64,000 nucleotides of DNA, taken from NCBI GenBank assembly GCA_029259175.1, contig JAPDJH010000001.1:160001-224000 (forward strand). Reading direction: 5' to 3'. Position 1 is the first letter of the stretch. The number at the start of each line of letters is the position of its first letter. The notes beneath the pieces were generated by a model. It searched no databases. It was not told the DNA's origin and saw only the letters and a program-made list of their open reading frames with translations. The position numbers and the translations under genes are program-made. Shown piece after piece: positions 19,454 to 30,076 of this stretch. This DNA comes from Hadesarchaea archaeon (lineage in GTDB: Archaea > Hadarchaeota > Hadarchaeia > Hadarchaeales > Hadarchaeaceae).

Positions 19454-20211
19454 TACACTCTCACCGGGATCCCCCTCTCCGCCAAGTAGCGCTTAACGTC
19501 CATCACGGAATACATTCCGAAATGGAAGATGCTGGCCGCCAAAGCCGCGTCTGCATCCGTGTGTTTTAAAACTTGGAAGATGTGCTCCGGATTACCGGCC
19601 CCGCCCGAAGCGATCACCGGAATGCGCACGGCAGAACAGACCGCCTGGGTGAGTTCGAGATCGTATCCCTGTTGCGTACCATCCGCATCTATGCTGGTAA
19701 GGAGAATCTCTCCAGCTCCGAGCTCCTCCACCCTCTTCGCCCACCACACGGCGTCGATCCCCGTGGGCTTGCGACCCCCATAGGTGTACACTTCCCACTT
19801 CCCCTGCGCGATTCGCTTGGCATCGATGGCAATGACCACGCACTGACTCCCAAATCTGTCCGCCGCCTCTCGAACCAGCTCGGGTCGCTCGACCGCTGCC
19901 GTGTTTATACCAACTTTGTCGGCGCCCGAGTTCAGCATGCGCTCCATGTCTTGCAGAGAACGCACCCCCCCTCCGACCGTCAACGGAATGAAAAGCTGTT
20001 CAGCTGTCCGCTCAACCACATCGTACATGGTCTCGCGCCCTTCCGGCGATGCGCCCACATCGAGAAACACCACTTCATCAGCCCCCTGCTCCTCGTACAC
20101 GCGAGCGAGTTCCGCGGGATCTCCCGCGTCCCTCAAATTCCTGAACTTCACGCCCTTGACCACCCGACCGCGATTTACGTCCAGACACGGAATTATTCTC
20201 TTCGACAGCAT
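19453..20211 (-). CDS. hisF: Imidazole glycerol phosphate synthase, cyclase subunit
   Basis: [35 protein letters not shown]. Confidence 0.97.
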   Translation of the reverse strand: MLSKRIIPCLDVNRGRVVKGVKFRNLRDAGDPAELARVYEEQGADEVVFLDVGASPEGRETMYDVVERTAEQLFIPLTVGGGVRSLQDMERMLNSGADKVGINTAAVERPELVREAADRFGSQCVVIAIDAKRIAQGKWEVYTYGGRKPTGIDAVWWAKRVEELGAGEILLTSIDADGTQQGYDLELTQAVCSAVRIPVIASGGAGNPEHIFQVLKHTDADAALAASIFHFGMYSVMDVKRYLAERGIPVRV

Positions 20212-20262
20212 GCAACTCACTGATTGGATATCGTGCCTCGGGGGTAAAAACGTAGTTCCGCT

Positions 20263-21873
20263 TTACTCCAGCAGAATCCGTTCGAGCACCTCGGTCTCGA
20301 TGCGCTCAAGAGGCGGGATGCCCGTAACAGCTGCCGCCCTCTCGTTCAGCGAAGCCAAATCCTCGCGCGAAATGAGGTGGAGCTTCCACTTTCGCACGCC
20401 AGCCATCAGCTGCTGTAAACCCACCCCAATCCGGTCACTCAGATAGGTGTAGAGACCGATCGCCGGAAAGGGTATGCGGTCGAAGCGCTCACCGTACTCC
20501 TCTTTCAACCGGGGGATGGTAACAAAAAACTGGTACGGATCAGTGCCGTACTGCTGGGCGAAATCCCGCGGGAGCTTGTTCTTGCCCGCCAGCTCTGTAA
20601 AATAGGCCGCCTTCATCACTGCTGTGAGCGGTGCGCGCGCCATGGTTATCGCTTTGACCAAGGGCCCATCGCCGAAGTTGCTCATGGCTATGCTCTTGAA
20701 GATTTGCGTTTCATTGATGAACCCCCCAGCCATGCTGATGTCGGGCACAAAGCACCCGTTTTCCTTCAGGATGCGAGCGCACCGGAGCACTTGAGCCTCC
20801 AAGTACACCGTGGGCGTGCCCATCTCGTTCATCATTGGGACGGGGCTCATGCCGGTCCCCCCGCCAGCCCCATCAAAGATGACGTAATCGACTTTGGCTT
20901 CGGAAGCCACCCTCATCGTCCAAGCAACGTCAGCGGGGCGATAAGATCCCGTCTTCAGACCGACTTTTTTCGCCCCCTGCTCCCTCAACCATTCAACGTC
21001 CTCAACGAAATCCCTTCTGTTCGGCATCCCCACCCTGCTGTGCCGCTCGAAGCTCTTGATCACCCCCGACTCGAACGCCCTCCTGACCACAGGACTTTCC
21101 GGGTCGGGAATCACGATGTACCCGCGCTTTTTGTACATCAGTGCTTTTTCCAGACTCGTGGTTCTTATCTCGCCTCCAATGGCCTTCGCTCCTTGGCCCC
21201 ACTTTCGCTCAATGACGTTCACTTCGAGTTTCGATATCGCATACACGTCAACCCCGCTCCGCTGATCCTCAACGTTCGTTTGGACTGCGATGTCTCCATA
21301 TTTTCCGTCCCAAAACTCCCTGTACTTGCTGACTCGGTACTCGAGATCCCGAGAGTAGGTCACCTTGCCCTTGCTGTACCTCGCCTCTGGATCTACTCCG
21401 CAAACGTTCTCACCCACCACGAGCATCACTCCCGCAAGGGCTGCGCCAATTGCCAGCCCATCCCAGTTAGTCCTCGCAACCGCGGTTGAGCCAAAAGCTC
21501 CGGTCACGATTGGAAGCTTGATCGGGATGCCGCCAAACTCCGACTCAGTGTTCACGTTTTCAAAAAACGCGACGTCTGGGTCGGCTTCGACTCCTTCTGC
21601 CCCCCGAAGCTTGGAGAGGATGGTAAAGTGGGACCAGTCAAGACCGTAGTCCTTCAAAGCCGCTGCCGTGCTTGCACCATAGTGTGCCTGATCGGGATAA
21701 AGAACCTCGCGACCGCGAAAAGCCGAGAGTCCGACCTCACACAGGAAGGGACACTCCTTCACGCAGATCGGGCACATCCCACTCGTGGGGCTGACGTCCT
21801 TCACCCGCGTTCTAGTCCCCGTGGTGGACTGGGCGTTGAGATAGGCCGAGTTGCGCGTGACCCGCTCAGTCAT
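20263..21873 (-). CDS. FMN-binding glutamate synthase family protein
   Basis: SGMCPIC, KWGQGAKAIGGE, KTGSYRP, DGAGGGTGMSP. Confidence 0.9.
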   Translation of the reverse strand: MTERVTRNSAYLNAQSTTGTRTRVKDVSPTSGMCPICVKECPFLCEVGLSAFRGREVLYPDQAHYGASTAAALKDYGLDWSHFTILSKLRGAEGVEADPDVAFFENVNTESEFGGIPIKLPIVTGAFGSTAVARTNWDGLAIGAALAGVMLVVGENVCGVDPEARYSKGKVTYSRDLEYRVSKYREFWDGKYGDIAVQTNVEDQRSGVDVYAISKLEVNVIERKWGQGAKAIGGEIRTTSLEKALMYKKRGYIVIPDPESPVVRRAFESGVIKSFERHSRVGMPNRRDFVEDVEWLREQGAKKVGLKTGSYRPADVAWTMRVASEAKVDYVIFDGAGGGTGMSPVPMMNEMGTPTVYLEAQVLRCARILKENGCFVPDISMAGGFINETQIFKSIAMSNFGDGPLVKAITMARAPLTAVMKAAYFTELAGKNKLPRDFAQQYGTDPYQFFVTIPRLKEEYGERFDRIPFPAIGLYTYLSDRIGVGLQQLMAGVRKWKLHLISREDLASLNERAAAVTGIPPLERIETEVLERILLE

Positions 21874-21970
21874 TCCACCACATCTGCGGATGTGTTTTTC
21901 CCTGCAAGCTCATCACCGTTTCGTACACTTTCTCCAAACCCAAAAGATAGGCAGGCAACTACATTTAACT

Positions 21971-22675
21971 CTAACGGATAAGGAGAGGAAGCAAATCGAG
22001 GAGTTCCCGAAGGCTCCCAATGGTGAAATCTGCCTGTTCTTCATCATGCCACTGGCGCCTGAACACGCGAACGGTGCGCATTCCCGCGGCCTTTCCTCCC
22101 CGGATGTCTGTGTAGGGCTTGTCGCCCACGACGACGCATTCAGGAGGAGATGCGCCCAGCTTGGATGCGGCGAGCAGAAATGGCTCCGGATCTGGTTTGG
22201 GCCTCGGGGTATCCTCTCCCGCAACCACGACAAAATCGAAGAACCGAAGAATCGGCATCGAAGCGATCCTGCTCCGCTTGAGACCCGGAGTTCCATCCGT
22301 GTCGGTGATAAGGGCAAGTTTGAAACCCCGGCGCCTCAGCTCTCGAAGGGTGGGCTCAGCATCCGGAAACGGCTGGTTGAGTTCGGTGAAAGTGGTCCAA
22401 TACAAGCGCGTGAGCTCGGAGAGCTGTGATGCGGAAAAGGGCGGAGCGCCCAAGCGCGAAGCCAGCTCCTGCCACCACTCGTCCCGATTGTAGCTGCGCT
22501 TGATACTTCGCTCAATCTCGATCCGCCAGAGTTCTGAGAGAACGCGGTCGCAGGAGAGACCGCGCGAAGAGAGAAACTGGGTCGCACGTCTGGCTACTGC
22601 CTCGATTGCCGCGCGGATCCCCCGCTCCGCATCAGTCAGGGTTTCATCCAGATCGAAAAGGAATGCACGGATCAT
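21971..22675 (-). CDS. HAD-family hydrolase
   Basis: FDLDETL, KPDP, VGDKPYTDIRG. Confidence 0.92.
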   Translation of the reverse strand: MIRAFLFDLDETLTDAERGIRAAIEAVARRATQFLSSRGLSCDRVLSELWRIEIERSIKRSYNRDEWWQELASRLGAPPFSASQLSELTRLYWTTFTELNQPFPDAEPTLRELRRRGFKLALITDTDGTPGLKRSRIASMPILRFFDFVVVAGEDTPRPKPDPEPFLLAASKLGASPPECVVVGDKPYTDIRGGKAAGMRTVRVFRRQWHDEEQADFTIGSLRELLDLLPLLIR

Positions 22676-23337
22676 GGAATTTCTCCCCGACCGCCGCAGA
22701 AGCGCGTGATGTAGTCGATCGTTAGCTCAGCTGTTTCGTGCAATTTTTCTTCTGAAATTCCAGGAACACCGCAGATCAGAAGGAGGACTTCCGTTGTCTG
22801 CTCGGTGACTTTCGTCTCGTTCGAGTCGCGATACGGATAGATGGCTATCAGCTTTCTGCTGTCGCTAACCACCGGCTCATTCCCTTTGAGAATCTCGGGT
22901 TCCAGCATCCCGATTCCACGAAACGTTTCTCCTGGACGCGCTCTCCTGAGCAACAGCTCCCCCTCAATCTTGTTATGATCAAACGCTCCGATAGCAATGC
23001 CCGTGCTGGCCGAAGCCAGATTGTATGCGTCGACCACCGTGTTTATCCGAGGGAAAGGTTTGCCCGCCACCACCCTTCGAAGCAGCGCCTCTCCGGAGGG
23101 GCGGGTCTTAGTGGGGTCTATGCCTATCCGCCAGTAGAAGTCCCGATAAGCTCGAAAAACGGGCTGGTTTTTAATCGAATCGAGCGAATAGCGCGACTTC
23201 AAGTCCCGAACCACCGACTGCTTAAACTCTTCGAGTTCCGGGCTTTCTTTCCGAACGGCGACTCCGTGCACGTGCGCCACCAGCGCTTTTAGCTCGGGAA
23301 AACGGCTCGCGAGCTCCGCTTCTACCTTCAGCCACAT
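22672..23337 (-). CDS. B3/4-domain (PheRS-editing-like) protein
   Basis: GIDPTKTRPSGEALLRR, INTVVDAYN, YPYRDS. Confidence 0.9.
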   Translation of the reverse strand: MWLKVEAELASRFPELKALVAHVHGVAVRKESPELEEFKQSVVRDLKSRYSLDSIKNQPVFRAYRDFYWRIGIDPTKTRPSGEALLRRVVAGKPFPRINTVVDAYNLASASTGIAIGAFDHNKIEGELLLRRARPGETFRGIGMLEPEILKGNEPVVSDSRKLIAIYPYRDSNETKVTEQTTEVLLLICGVPGISEEKLHETAELTIDYITRFCGGRGEIP

Positions 23338-23386
23338 GAAATCCCTCTTTTCTTCACCCTGCGAGCTTTAATGGTGTTGTGGCTGG

Positions 23387-24217
23387 TCACCTCGATAGAT
23401 ATCGAACAGCCAAAAACGCCCCCAGCGCAAAAATCACAAGCGTGAAGGCTCCCAAAAAGACGAAATCGAGAACTAACGTGGAAACATCCATTTCGAACAC
23501 TGTGAGCTGTCGGATAGCGTCTGTAAAATAGCTAATCGGGTTAACCCGCGCAATCGTTTGAAGCCAAGAGGGCATCATTGAAAACGGAACGAAGACATTG
23601 CTGGCAAACATGAAAGGCAGGTTAACAAGGTTCACGAGGGCCATGGGGGTTTCAAACCTCGTGGCTCGCACAGCCATTGCAACAAAGATAGTGGACAGTC
23701 CCATGCTGAGCAAGCATATGGCAAGAATTATCGGCAATAGATTTAGAGGAGAAAAGGTGCTGCTGAAAGAGAGGCCTAGCATCGCTGCCACTCCCAAGAT
23801 TACAAACGCTTGAAAGAGCGATCGAACCGCTGCGTTAAGACCCTTGGCGATCACCACCGTTGCTCTAGACACCGGGGTGCTCAATACCTTGTCAAGAAAT
23901 CCGAGACGGCGATCCCACACTATGGACATCCCACCAAACATGCTCGTGAACATGATAGTGAACGAAATCATGCCTATGGCCATGTAGGAAAAATAGTCAG
24001 AAGTACCAAAAGTGGAACGCATTATCTGTTGGCCAAGATCGGGGGGCAAATTCGAAAGCATGGCCCCGAGATTCATGGCCTTGCCGAACAGCACCATCCA
24101 CACGATGGGTTGCACGATTGTCACGAGAAGAACTATCGGATTGTTGAACCACTTTTTGAGTTCTCGCTTCGTAAGCGTCCATGTGCCGTGAAGACGGTAG
24201 AAGCCAAAACCCCTCAC
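23387..24217 (-). CDS. ABC-2 type exporter permease
   Basis: Transmembrane segments, DRRLGFLDKVLSTP, NPISY. Confidence 0.92.
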   Translation of the reverse strand: MRGFGFYRLHGTWTLTKRELKKWFNNPIVLLVTIVQPIVWMVLFGKAMNLGAMLSNLPPDLGQQIMRSTFGTSDYFSYMAIGMISFTIMFTSMFGGMSIVWDRRLGFLDKVLSTPVSRATVVIAKGLNAAVRSLFQAFVILGVAAMLGLSFSSTFSPLNLLPIILAICLLSMGLSTIFVAMAVRATRFETPMALVNLVNLPFMFASNVFVPFSMMPSWLQTIARVNPISYFTDAIRQLTVFEMDVSTLVLDFVFLGAFTLVIFALGAFLAVRYLSR

Positions 24218-25212
24218 GTCCTAGCCCTCCTGATCGTAACCAGCTGTCGGTGCACGTCGTCGGGTGATTTCTCCGCATCGCGGATGGAACGCCCAGTGAA
24301 CTCCAAATACACATCGTTCAGGGTTGGCTCGCTAAGGGACAGCTTGGTTACAGAAACACCGTGCTTCCTCAGAACCTCGATTATTCTGGGAGCGGTGAGA
24401 CGTCCAAGGGAAGCTTTAATCCGATAGGTCTCGTTCTGTCGGATGACCTCTTTGACGTTCTTCACTCGTTTGATGATTCGAGACACGTCAGCTCTGGTAT
24501 CGACAGAGAGAACAATGATATCGCCCCCAAGATTTTTCTTGAGATCTCCCGGACGGCCAATCACCAGAATCCGACCGCGGTCGATTATGGCAATGCGATC
24601 ACAAAGCGCATCAGCCTCCTCTAAATAATGAGTGGTCATGAAAATGGTTATCCCATATTCCCGCCTTAGTTTTCGGATGTACTCCCAAATGGTCGTTCTA
24701 GTCTGAACATCAAGCCCCAGCGTAGGTTCGTCGAGAAAAAGCACTTTGGGTCTGTTGATCAGCCCACACGCCAGCTCCAGTCGCCGCCGCATCCCTCCCG
24801 AATAGAATTCAACCGGTTTGTCCTTGAACCGGGAGAGATTCACCAGATCCAAGAGCTGTGCCGCTCGGCGCTTGGCAACTTCGCGTGGAATACCATAGAG
24901 GCTGGCGCACAGCATGACATTTTCATAACCGGTGAGATCTTCATCAGCAGTATATTCCTGCGGCACCACGCCGATAACTTGACGCACCATGGAATCCTCT
25001 TTGACCACGTCGTATCCAAAAACACTGGCGCGTCCTGACGTGGGTTTGAGAACCGTTGTCAGCATTTTAATAGTGGTGGTCTTGCCAGCGCCGTTTGGGC
25101 CGAGGAATCCAAAGATCTCACCAGCGCGAACCACGAACGAAACGCGGTCGACTGCAGTCAAACCATTGAACACTCTGGTCAACTTCTCTGCCACGATAAC
25201 ATTTTTAACCAT
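24214..25212 (-). CDS. ABC exporter ATPase, DrrA-like
   Basis: GPNGAGKTT, YSGGMRRR, FLDEPTLGLD. Confidence 0.95.
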   Translation of the reverse strand: MVKNVIVAEKLTRVFNGLTAVDRVSFVVRAGEIFGFLGPNGAGKTTTIKMLTTVLKPTSGRASVFGYDVVKEDSMVRQVIGVVPQEYTADEDLTGYENVMLCASLYGIPREVAKRRAAQLLDLVNLSRFKDKPVEFYSGGMRRRLELACGLINRPKVLFLDEPTLGLDVQTRTTIWEYIRKLRREYGITIFMTTHYLEEADALCDRIAIIDRGRILVIGRPGDLKKNLGGDIIVLSVDTRADVSRIIKRVKNVKEVIRQNETYRIKASLGRLTAPRIIEVLRKHGVSVTKLSLSEPTLNDVYLEFTGRSIRDAEKSPDDVHRQLVTIRRART

Positions 25213-25214
25213 CC

Positions 25215-25757
25215 TTACCCCTCCACGTGCTCCGCCAGCTTTTCTAGTTTCTTCGACGTCTCCTCCAAAATTTGAACCATTCGATCGGCGGCCCGTTTAG
25301 AAAAATCTGCCTCGAGTCTTCGCCTCGCGTCGATCAGAGAACAAAACAGCCGGTGGACAGCTTCTCTTATTTTTCGTGCTTCATTTTCCGGGAGTTCGGA
25401 AAGAATCGTGAAGAATAGGGGCATCAGCAGTCTCTTCTTATCTTCAAACTGCTTTTTCAATTCTCTGAGTTCCTTCAGAAACTGTCTGCCTTTCGAAGTC
25501 AGAATATACCGTTTCATTCCTCCTTCCGCTTCCGATATTTCGGCAAGGCCTTCTCGGGTGAGCGCTGAGAGCAACGGATATATGGATCCCGGACGTGGGA
25601 TCCAGCACCCGTTTGTTTGTTCTGCGATCTCTCTAACAATTTCAGAGCCCGAGCGGGGACGCTGTCTTAAGAGTTCGAGAACCCAATAGCGCAAAAGACC
25701 CTTGGGAACTGCCGACATGTGCCTCGCCCAGCGAGAACACGGAAATCCGTATTTCAT
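25215..25757 (-). CDS. PadR-family transcriptional regulator
   Basis: GLLRYWVL..SGSEI..PRPGSIYPLL..YILTSKG. Confidence 0.92.
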   Translation of the reverse strand: MKYGFPCSRWARHMSAVPKGLLRYWVLELLRQRPRSGSEIVREIAEQTNGCWIPRPGSIYPLLSALTREGLAEISEAEGGMKRYILTSKGRQFLKELRELKKQFEDKKRLLMPLFFTILSELPENEARKIREAVHRLFCSLIDARRRLEADFSKRAADRMVQILEETSKKLEKLAEHVEG

Positions 25758-25758
25758 T

Positions 25759-25787
25759 ATATCGATGATGATATCAACGATGATATT
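25759..25787. promoter_or_regulatory. Candidate PadR operator, 12-bp tandem ATATCxAxGATG units
   Basis: ATATCGATGATG ATATCAACGATG ATATT lies between the padR start and a TTTAAA box. Confidence 0.5.
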
Positions 25788-25821
25788 TAAAAATTTGAGG
25801 GGGAGACGCAAAAATAGATAG

Positions 25822-26577
25822 ATGCGACTGGGAATCGCAGAGTTCTCTCTCCCCGGACAGGGGCTGGAAGAAAAACTGCAAACAGCCGAACACAAGCGGC
25901 TATGGATAGAGGTCGCAAATGACGGGGTGCCTTGGAAGTGCTGGAGGTGGAAATCCCTCCTGCCCTCTTACCGCGTGCGGGTGCGCTCCGTACAGGCCTT
26001 CTTGCAGCATCGGCTCAGCTTGTTGTCCAAATCCGAAGTGGAGCGAAAAGCCGCTCTGAATCATGTGATACAAACAATCGAGTTCGCGTCATTGGTGTCC
26101 GCCAAGCACGTGGTGGTGGTCCTATGCTACGGGAAACCTGAAGTCGAGGATGCTGATGAACAGAGCGTACGTGCTTTGGGCGAGATGGCGAAGGTGGCCG
26201 AGGACGCGGGAATCACCTTGGGGCTGGAACCTTTGGATCATGCGCGGACGAACTATAGACCGACGACCGAAGCGGTGTGGGAAATCGTCAAGCTCGTAAA
26301 CAACGATCACCTGAAACTCATGATAGATACCGGACACGCGTGGAATAACGGAGAGAACGTTGTAGAGATATTGGAAAGATTCAGAGACGTGGTATCGGAG
26401 ATTCACTTAAAAGATTCGGAATCAAAAGCACCCGGACTGGGAGCACTAGACTTTGAGCCGATAGTTAACGTCTGTGCTAACGCCAAAGGGTTGAAATGCT
26501 TAGAGTACTGCCCCAGGTCGAATCCAACAGCCGAACTCGAAAAAGCTCTGCAGACCGTTGCAAAGCTCAAGCAGTGA
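25822..26577 (+). CDS. Sugar-phosphate isomerase/epimerase (xylose isomerase-like TIM barrel)
   Basis: GLEPLD, DTGH, IHLKDS, PGLGALDF, LEY. Confidence 0.85.
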   Translation: MRLGIAEFSLPGQGLEEKLQTAEHKRLWIEVANDGVPWKCWRWKSLLPSYRVRVRSVQAFLQHRLSLLSKSEVERKAALNHVIQTIEFASLVSAKHVVVVLCYGKPEVEDADEQSVRALGEMAKVAEDAGITLGLEPLDHARTNYRPTTEAVWEIVKLVNNDHLKLMIDTGHAWNNGENVVEILERFRDVVSEIHLKDSESKAPGLGALDFEPIVNVCANAKGLKCLEYCPRSNPTAELEKALQTVAKLKQ

Positions 26578-27586
26578 TTACAACCTTCAAACACTCTTTT
26601 GCCTCAACCACCAATCGGAATGCTTCTTGGATGCGGTCGAGAGGGAAGCGATGTGTAATGAGATCTCGAAGTGGCAGAGCGTTCTTCGCCAGTAAATCCA
26701 GTGATTGCTCCAAGTCGCGCGGAGCCGCTCCGTACGAGGTGAGCAAACGGATCTCGTTGCGCCAGTACTCGGTCACGGGGATTCTAAGCTGAACCTCGGG
26801 GGGCGGGACCGCGAAGAAAACAACCGATCCTCCGCGCTCGACACACTTCAAGGCCTGCTCCGCGGCACTAGGAGCTCCGGTGCACAAGATCACGTGATCG
26901 GCCAGACGTCCACCGTTAAGCTCGCGGAGTCCTTTTGGCACATCGGTTCGGGCGTCGAGGACTGCGTCCGCCCCGAAACGGCTCGCAGCTTGTTTGCGAT
27001 ACTCCGAGATATCCGTGGCGACCACCAACGAAGCCCCCTGGCGCCTAGCCAGCATCACGTGGAGCAGTCCAGAAACCCCGCTTCCCAAAACGAGAACCGA
27101 GTCCCCGGCCTGCACGCCTGAGAGTCGTTGTGCTCGAATCACACAAGCAAGTGGCTCCAACAGAGTTCCGACCTCATAGGAGATGTGAGGTGGAAGGTGG
27201 TACACGCCGCGCTCAGCGTTGATCGCCGGCACCCGGATGTACTCGGAAAATCCTCCCGGATCGTAATTGGTGGTGTGAAGTGTTTCACAGGCCGTTTCAT
27301 GACCGCGCGCACAGTAACGACAAGACCCACACGGAACGTGGTGGGAGACAAAAACACGGTCCCCCACTTTGACCCGCGAAACGCCCTCGCCCACTTCCAC
27401 TACCTCACCCGTTGCTTCGTGTCCAAGCACGCGCGGGGCCTTGGGAACTCTATACCACTCGAGCACATCACTTCCACATATCCCGCACGCGTGCATTTGC
27501 ATCAAAAACTCTCCCGGGCCTATCCGTGGAACCGGGCGCTCCTCAATCCGGATATCGCGGTTGTTGTAGTATACGGCCACTCGCAT
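26567..27586 (-). CDS. Zn-dependent alcohol/polyol dehydrogenase
   Basis: CGICGSD, GHE, CGSCRYC..C, EPLAC. Confidence 0.92.
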   Translation of the reverse strand: MRVAVYYNNRDIRIEERPVPRIGPGEFLMQMHACGICGSDVLEWYRVPKAPRVLGHEATGEVVEVGEGVSRVKVGDRVFVSHHVPCGSCRYCARGHETACETLHTTNYDPGGFSEYIRVPAINAERGVYHLPPHISYEVGTLLEPLACVIRAQRLSGVQAGDSVLVLGSGVSGLLHVMLARRQGASLVVATDISEYRKQAASRFGADAVLDARTDVPKGLRELNGGRLADHVILCTGAPSAAEQALKCVERGGSVVFFAVPPPEVQLRIPVTEYWRNEIRLLTSYGAAPRDLEQSLDLLAKNALPLRDLITHRFPLDRIQEAFRLVVEAKECLKVVITA

Positions 27587-27634
27587 TCCGCTCAAAAACA
27601 CCTTCTCATAGGAAGAATAAGAGCTTTCCAACTG

Positions 27635-28720
27635 TTAGCTTCGGATGCTCTTTGAAACTGCAAGGCCCGCAAGAGTTAACGCACACGCAAACAAAAACAC
27701 CGCTCGCATCCCGAAGAACTCAGAAATGGAGCCCCCTAACAACGGGCCAATCACCGCCGCGAGACTTATGGTCGAGCCAAGAACCCCCGTGGACGTCGCT
27801 CGCTCTACATTTTTTTCCAGCAAGTGCAAAAGAGAGCCAACGTAGAGGGCGCTCCACGCTATTCCAAGTAGCAACTGGACTGGGATGAGCTGAAGATAGG
27901 AGAAGCTAAAATGGTACGAGGCAAACACAACAGCTGAGAGCAAGAGTCCGAGTCTTAGAAGCTGTCCACCTTCTCCGCCCCGAGCTGTTCGCCCAATCAG
28001 ACCCATGAACAGAAACTGGCTGCCGGTGTTCAGAGCCATAATCAGTCCCACCCAAAAAATGCTGGCTCCGAGTTCTTCCCGCAGAAAGAGGGGGAACACG
28101 ATCCACATGGCCTGAGCCCCCGTGTGCCTCAACAAATAAGAAGCGTAAACTGCCGAATTCTCGCGAACCACCGTCCAGAACGGCCGTATGCGCACCAGCG
28201 GTTCCCGAAGCTCGCGAAAACCGAGCGACAACAAGAAGCCTGTAAAGAAGAAGAGGCCTGAAACGGCAAAAGCCAAAAACCAGTCGGAGAGCAGTCCTCC
28301 AAGCAGATAACCCGTGAACCATCCGAGCGAGCCAAATCCGGCGAACCACCCAACGCGCCGCCGATACCCGGAGCGGCCCGAGATATAGGCGAGCAAGGGA
28401 AAAGTGAACACCCCGATAGACAAACCGGCAAACCACCGGACTAAGACCATCGAAAACAGATCGTGCATGAAGACTTGGAGTGTGAATGTGAGAGCCGCCA
28501 GAGCGAAACCGGCTTGGATGAAGATCAAACGACGGCGTGTCAGATCAGAAAGGCAGCCGAAGAACGAGTAAGAAAAGAGAGAAGCGATACCATACGCCGT
28601 TCCAACTGTTCCGAGCTCTACAAAGGAAAGGCCGAGATCCCGGGCCAGCAAGGGCACGAACAGCCAAGAGAGCGATACCCCCACATTGCCAAAAAACATT
28701 AACGAATAGGCTGTGCGCAT
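27635..28720 (-). CDS. MFS transporter
   Basis: GCLSDLTRRR (motif A-like) and about 12 hydrophobic segments. Confidence 0.88.
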   Translation of the reverse strand: MRTAYSLMFFGNVGVSLSWLFVPLLARDLGLSFVELGTVGTAYGIASLFSYSFFGCLSDLTRRRLIFIQAGFALAALTFTLQVFMHDLFSMVLVRWFAGLSIGVFTFPLLAYISGRSGYRRRVGWFAGFGSLGWFTGYLLGGLLSDWFLAFAVSGLFFFTGFLLSLGFRELREPLVRIRPFWTVVRENSAVYASYLLRHTGAQAMWIVFPLFLREELGASIFWVGLIMALNTGSQFLFMGLIGRTARGGEGGQLLRLGLLLSAVVFASYHFSFSYLQLIPVQLLLGIAWSALYVGSLLHLLEKNVERATSTGVLGSTISLAAVIGPLLGGSISEFFGMRAVFLFACALTLAGLAVSKSIRS

Positions 28721-28766
28721 GGAGACCCTTTAACCCGTAGGACTGCGCCTTTTTAGAGTAGTTGTC

Positions 28767-29573
28767 TCAGCCAGATGTCGTGGCTCGCTTAGTCTCCTCA
28801 AAGACCTGCTGAGCCTCCTTGGGGGTCGCGTTCTCATGAATGATGGCCCGGATCGCTTTGGCCATCGCTACCGGGTAGTCGTGCTGCCAGATGTTCCGAC
28901 CGAGGTTGACTCCAATCGCGCCCTTTTGAATGGCATCGTACACCCAATTGAAAACCTCGAGTTCTGAATCCACCTTCGGTCCGCCGGCGATTACAATTGG
29001 TACGGGGCACCCGTCGACCACTTTTTCGAAACCCTCCTCGCAGTAATAGGTCTTGACCACTCGCGCGCCGAGCTCTGCGGCGATTCGGCTGGCGAGGGCA
29101 AGATAGCGGGCATCGCGTTTCTCCAGCTCCGCTCCCACGGCTGTCACGGCCATGGCCGGTATTCCGTAGTCCTCACACTCGTCCACTAAGCGGGCGAAGT
29201 TGAGTAGGGTCTGGTGTTCCCCCGGTGCCCCAACAAAGATCGACATAGACACAGCGCAGGCGTTGAGCCTTATTGCCTCTCTGACCGAGGTGATCTGACC
29301 TTCTTGGTCCAGCTCGGCGCGGCGAGCCATGCTCGTCCCGCCCGAGACCCGAAGGATAATTGGTTTGTCCACCGTGGGGTCAATGCAGTTGCGGAGAATG
29401 CCGCGCGTCAGCATTATCGCGTCAGCATACGGTAGAAGGGGCTTGATGGTCTCACCCGGCTTCTCCAGCTTGCGGGTTGGCCCTTGGAAATACCCGTGGT
29501 CGATCGGGATGAACAGCGCTCGGCCGTCGCGCTGAATCAACTTGGAGAGCCGGTTGCGCATTCCCCAGTCCAT
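28767..29573 (-). CDS. lsrF: LsrF-like thiolase/class I aldolase
   Basis: MDWGMRNRL, DHGYFQGPT, AELGARVVKTYYC, IAGGPK, GRNIWQ. Confidence 0.88.
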   Translation of the reverse strand: MDWGMRNRLSKLIQRDGRALFIPIDHGYFQGPTRKLEKPGETIKPLLPYADAIMLTRGILRNCIDPTVDKPIILRVSGGTSMARRAELDQEGQITSVREAIRLNACAVSMSIFVGAPGEHQTLLNFARLVDECEDYGIPAMAVTAVGAELEKRDARYLALASRIAAELGARVVKTYYCEEGFEKVVDGCPVPIVIAGGPKVDSELEVFNWVYDAIQKGAIGVNLGRNIWQHDYPVAMAKAIRAIIHENATPKEAQQVFEETKRATTSG

Positions 29574-29700
29574 CCGGTCACCTCACGCAAGTGATTTGGC
29601 TTCCACAGTTATAAGTTTAGCCGGTGAATTTCTTACCCGCGCTAAGGTTTTCCCCTTTTGGAACGATATCGTTTAAGCCGCAGATCTTGCCGAAGCCATG

Positions 29701-29919
29701 CTATGGCTGTTGCTTGGGCCGGACGATCAGATACCCGTGATCTATGAGCCAATAGTGGAACTCGCGCGCGCTGTGTAAACACCCCTGTTTACAGATTTCG
29801 CGGATGCGCTCGTATTCCTCCGAGCCTTTCTCTTTGGTGTCGAGCAGTCGCTGGACGGGGCACCCCACATCTCTGCAGAACTCCCGGCTGCGGTACTCCT
29901 GGTAGCCCTCGGGAATCAT
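29701..29919 (-). CDS. Small Cys/His-containing hypothetical protein
   Basis: MIPEGYQEYRSREFCRDVGC..CKQGCLHSAREFHYWL. Confidence 0.65.
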   Translation of the reverse strand: MIPEGYQEYRSREFCRDVGCPVQRLLDTKEKGSEEYERIREICKQGCLHSAREFHYWLIDHGYLIVRPKQQP

Positions 29920-30076
29920 CGGATGAACTAACAACTCAAAAGGTAAAAAACAGTCGGAAAACTCGGATTTCAAAACCATCAGACTGAAAGTCTCGGTGCG
30001 CGAACATCGAAAAACTGAATCGAATCCCCTTTCAGGGTAAGGATTAAAACCCATCGTTCAATGAAGAAATGATAGC

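Noticed and set aside
20263-21873. Stand-alone glutamate synthase FMN domain as a novelty
   Set aside because: This is a known archaeal and anaerobe family; nothing unusual is visible here.
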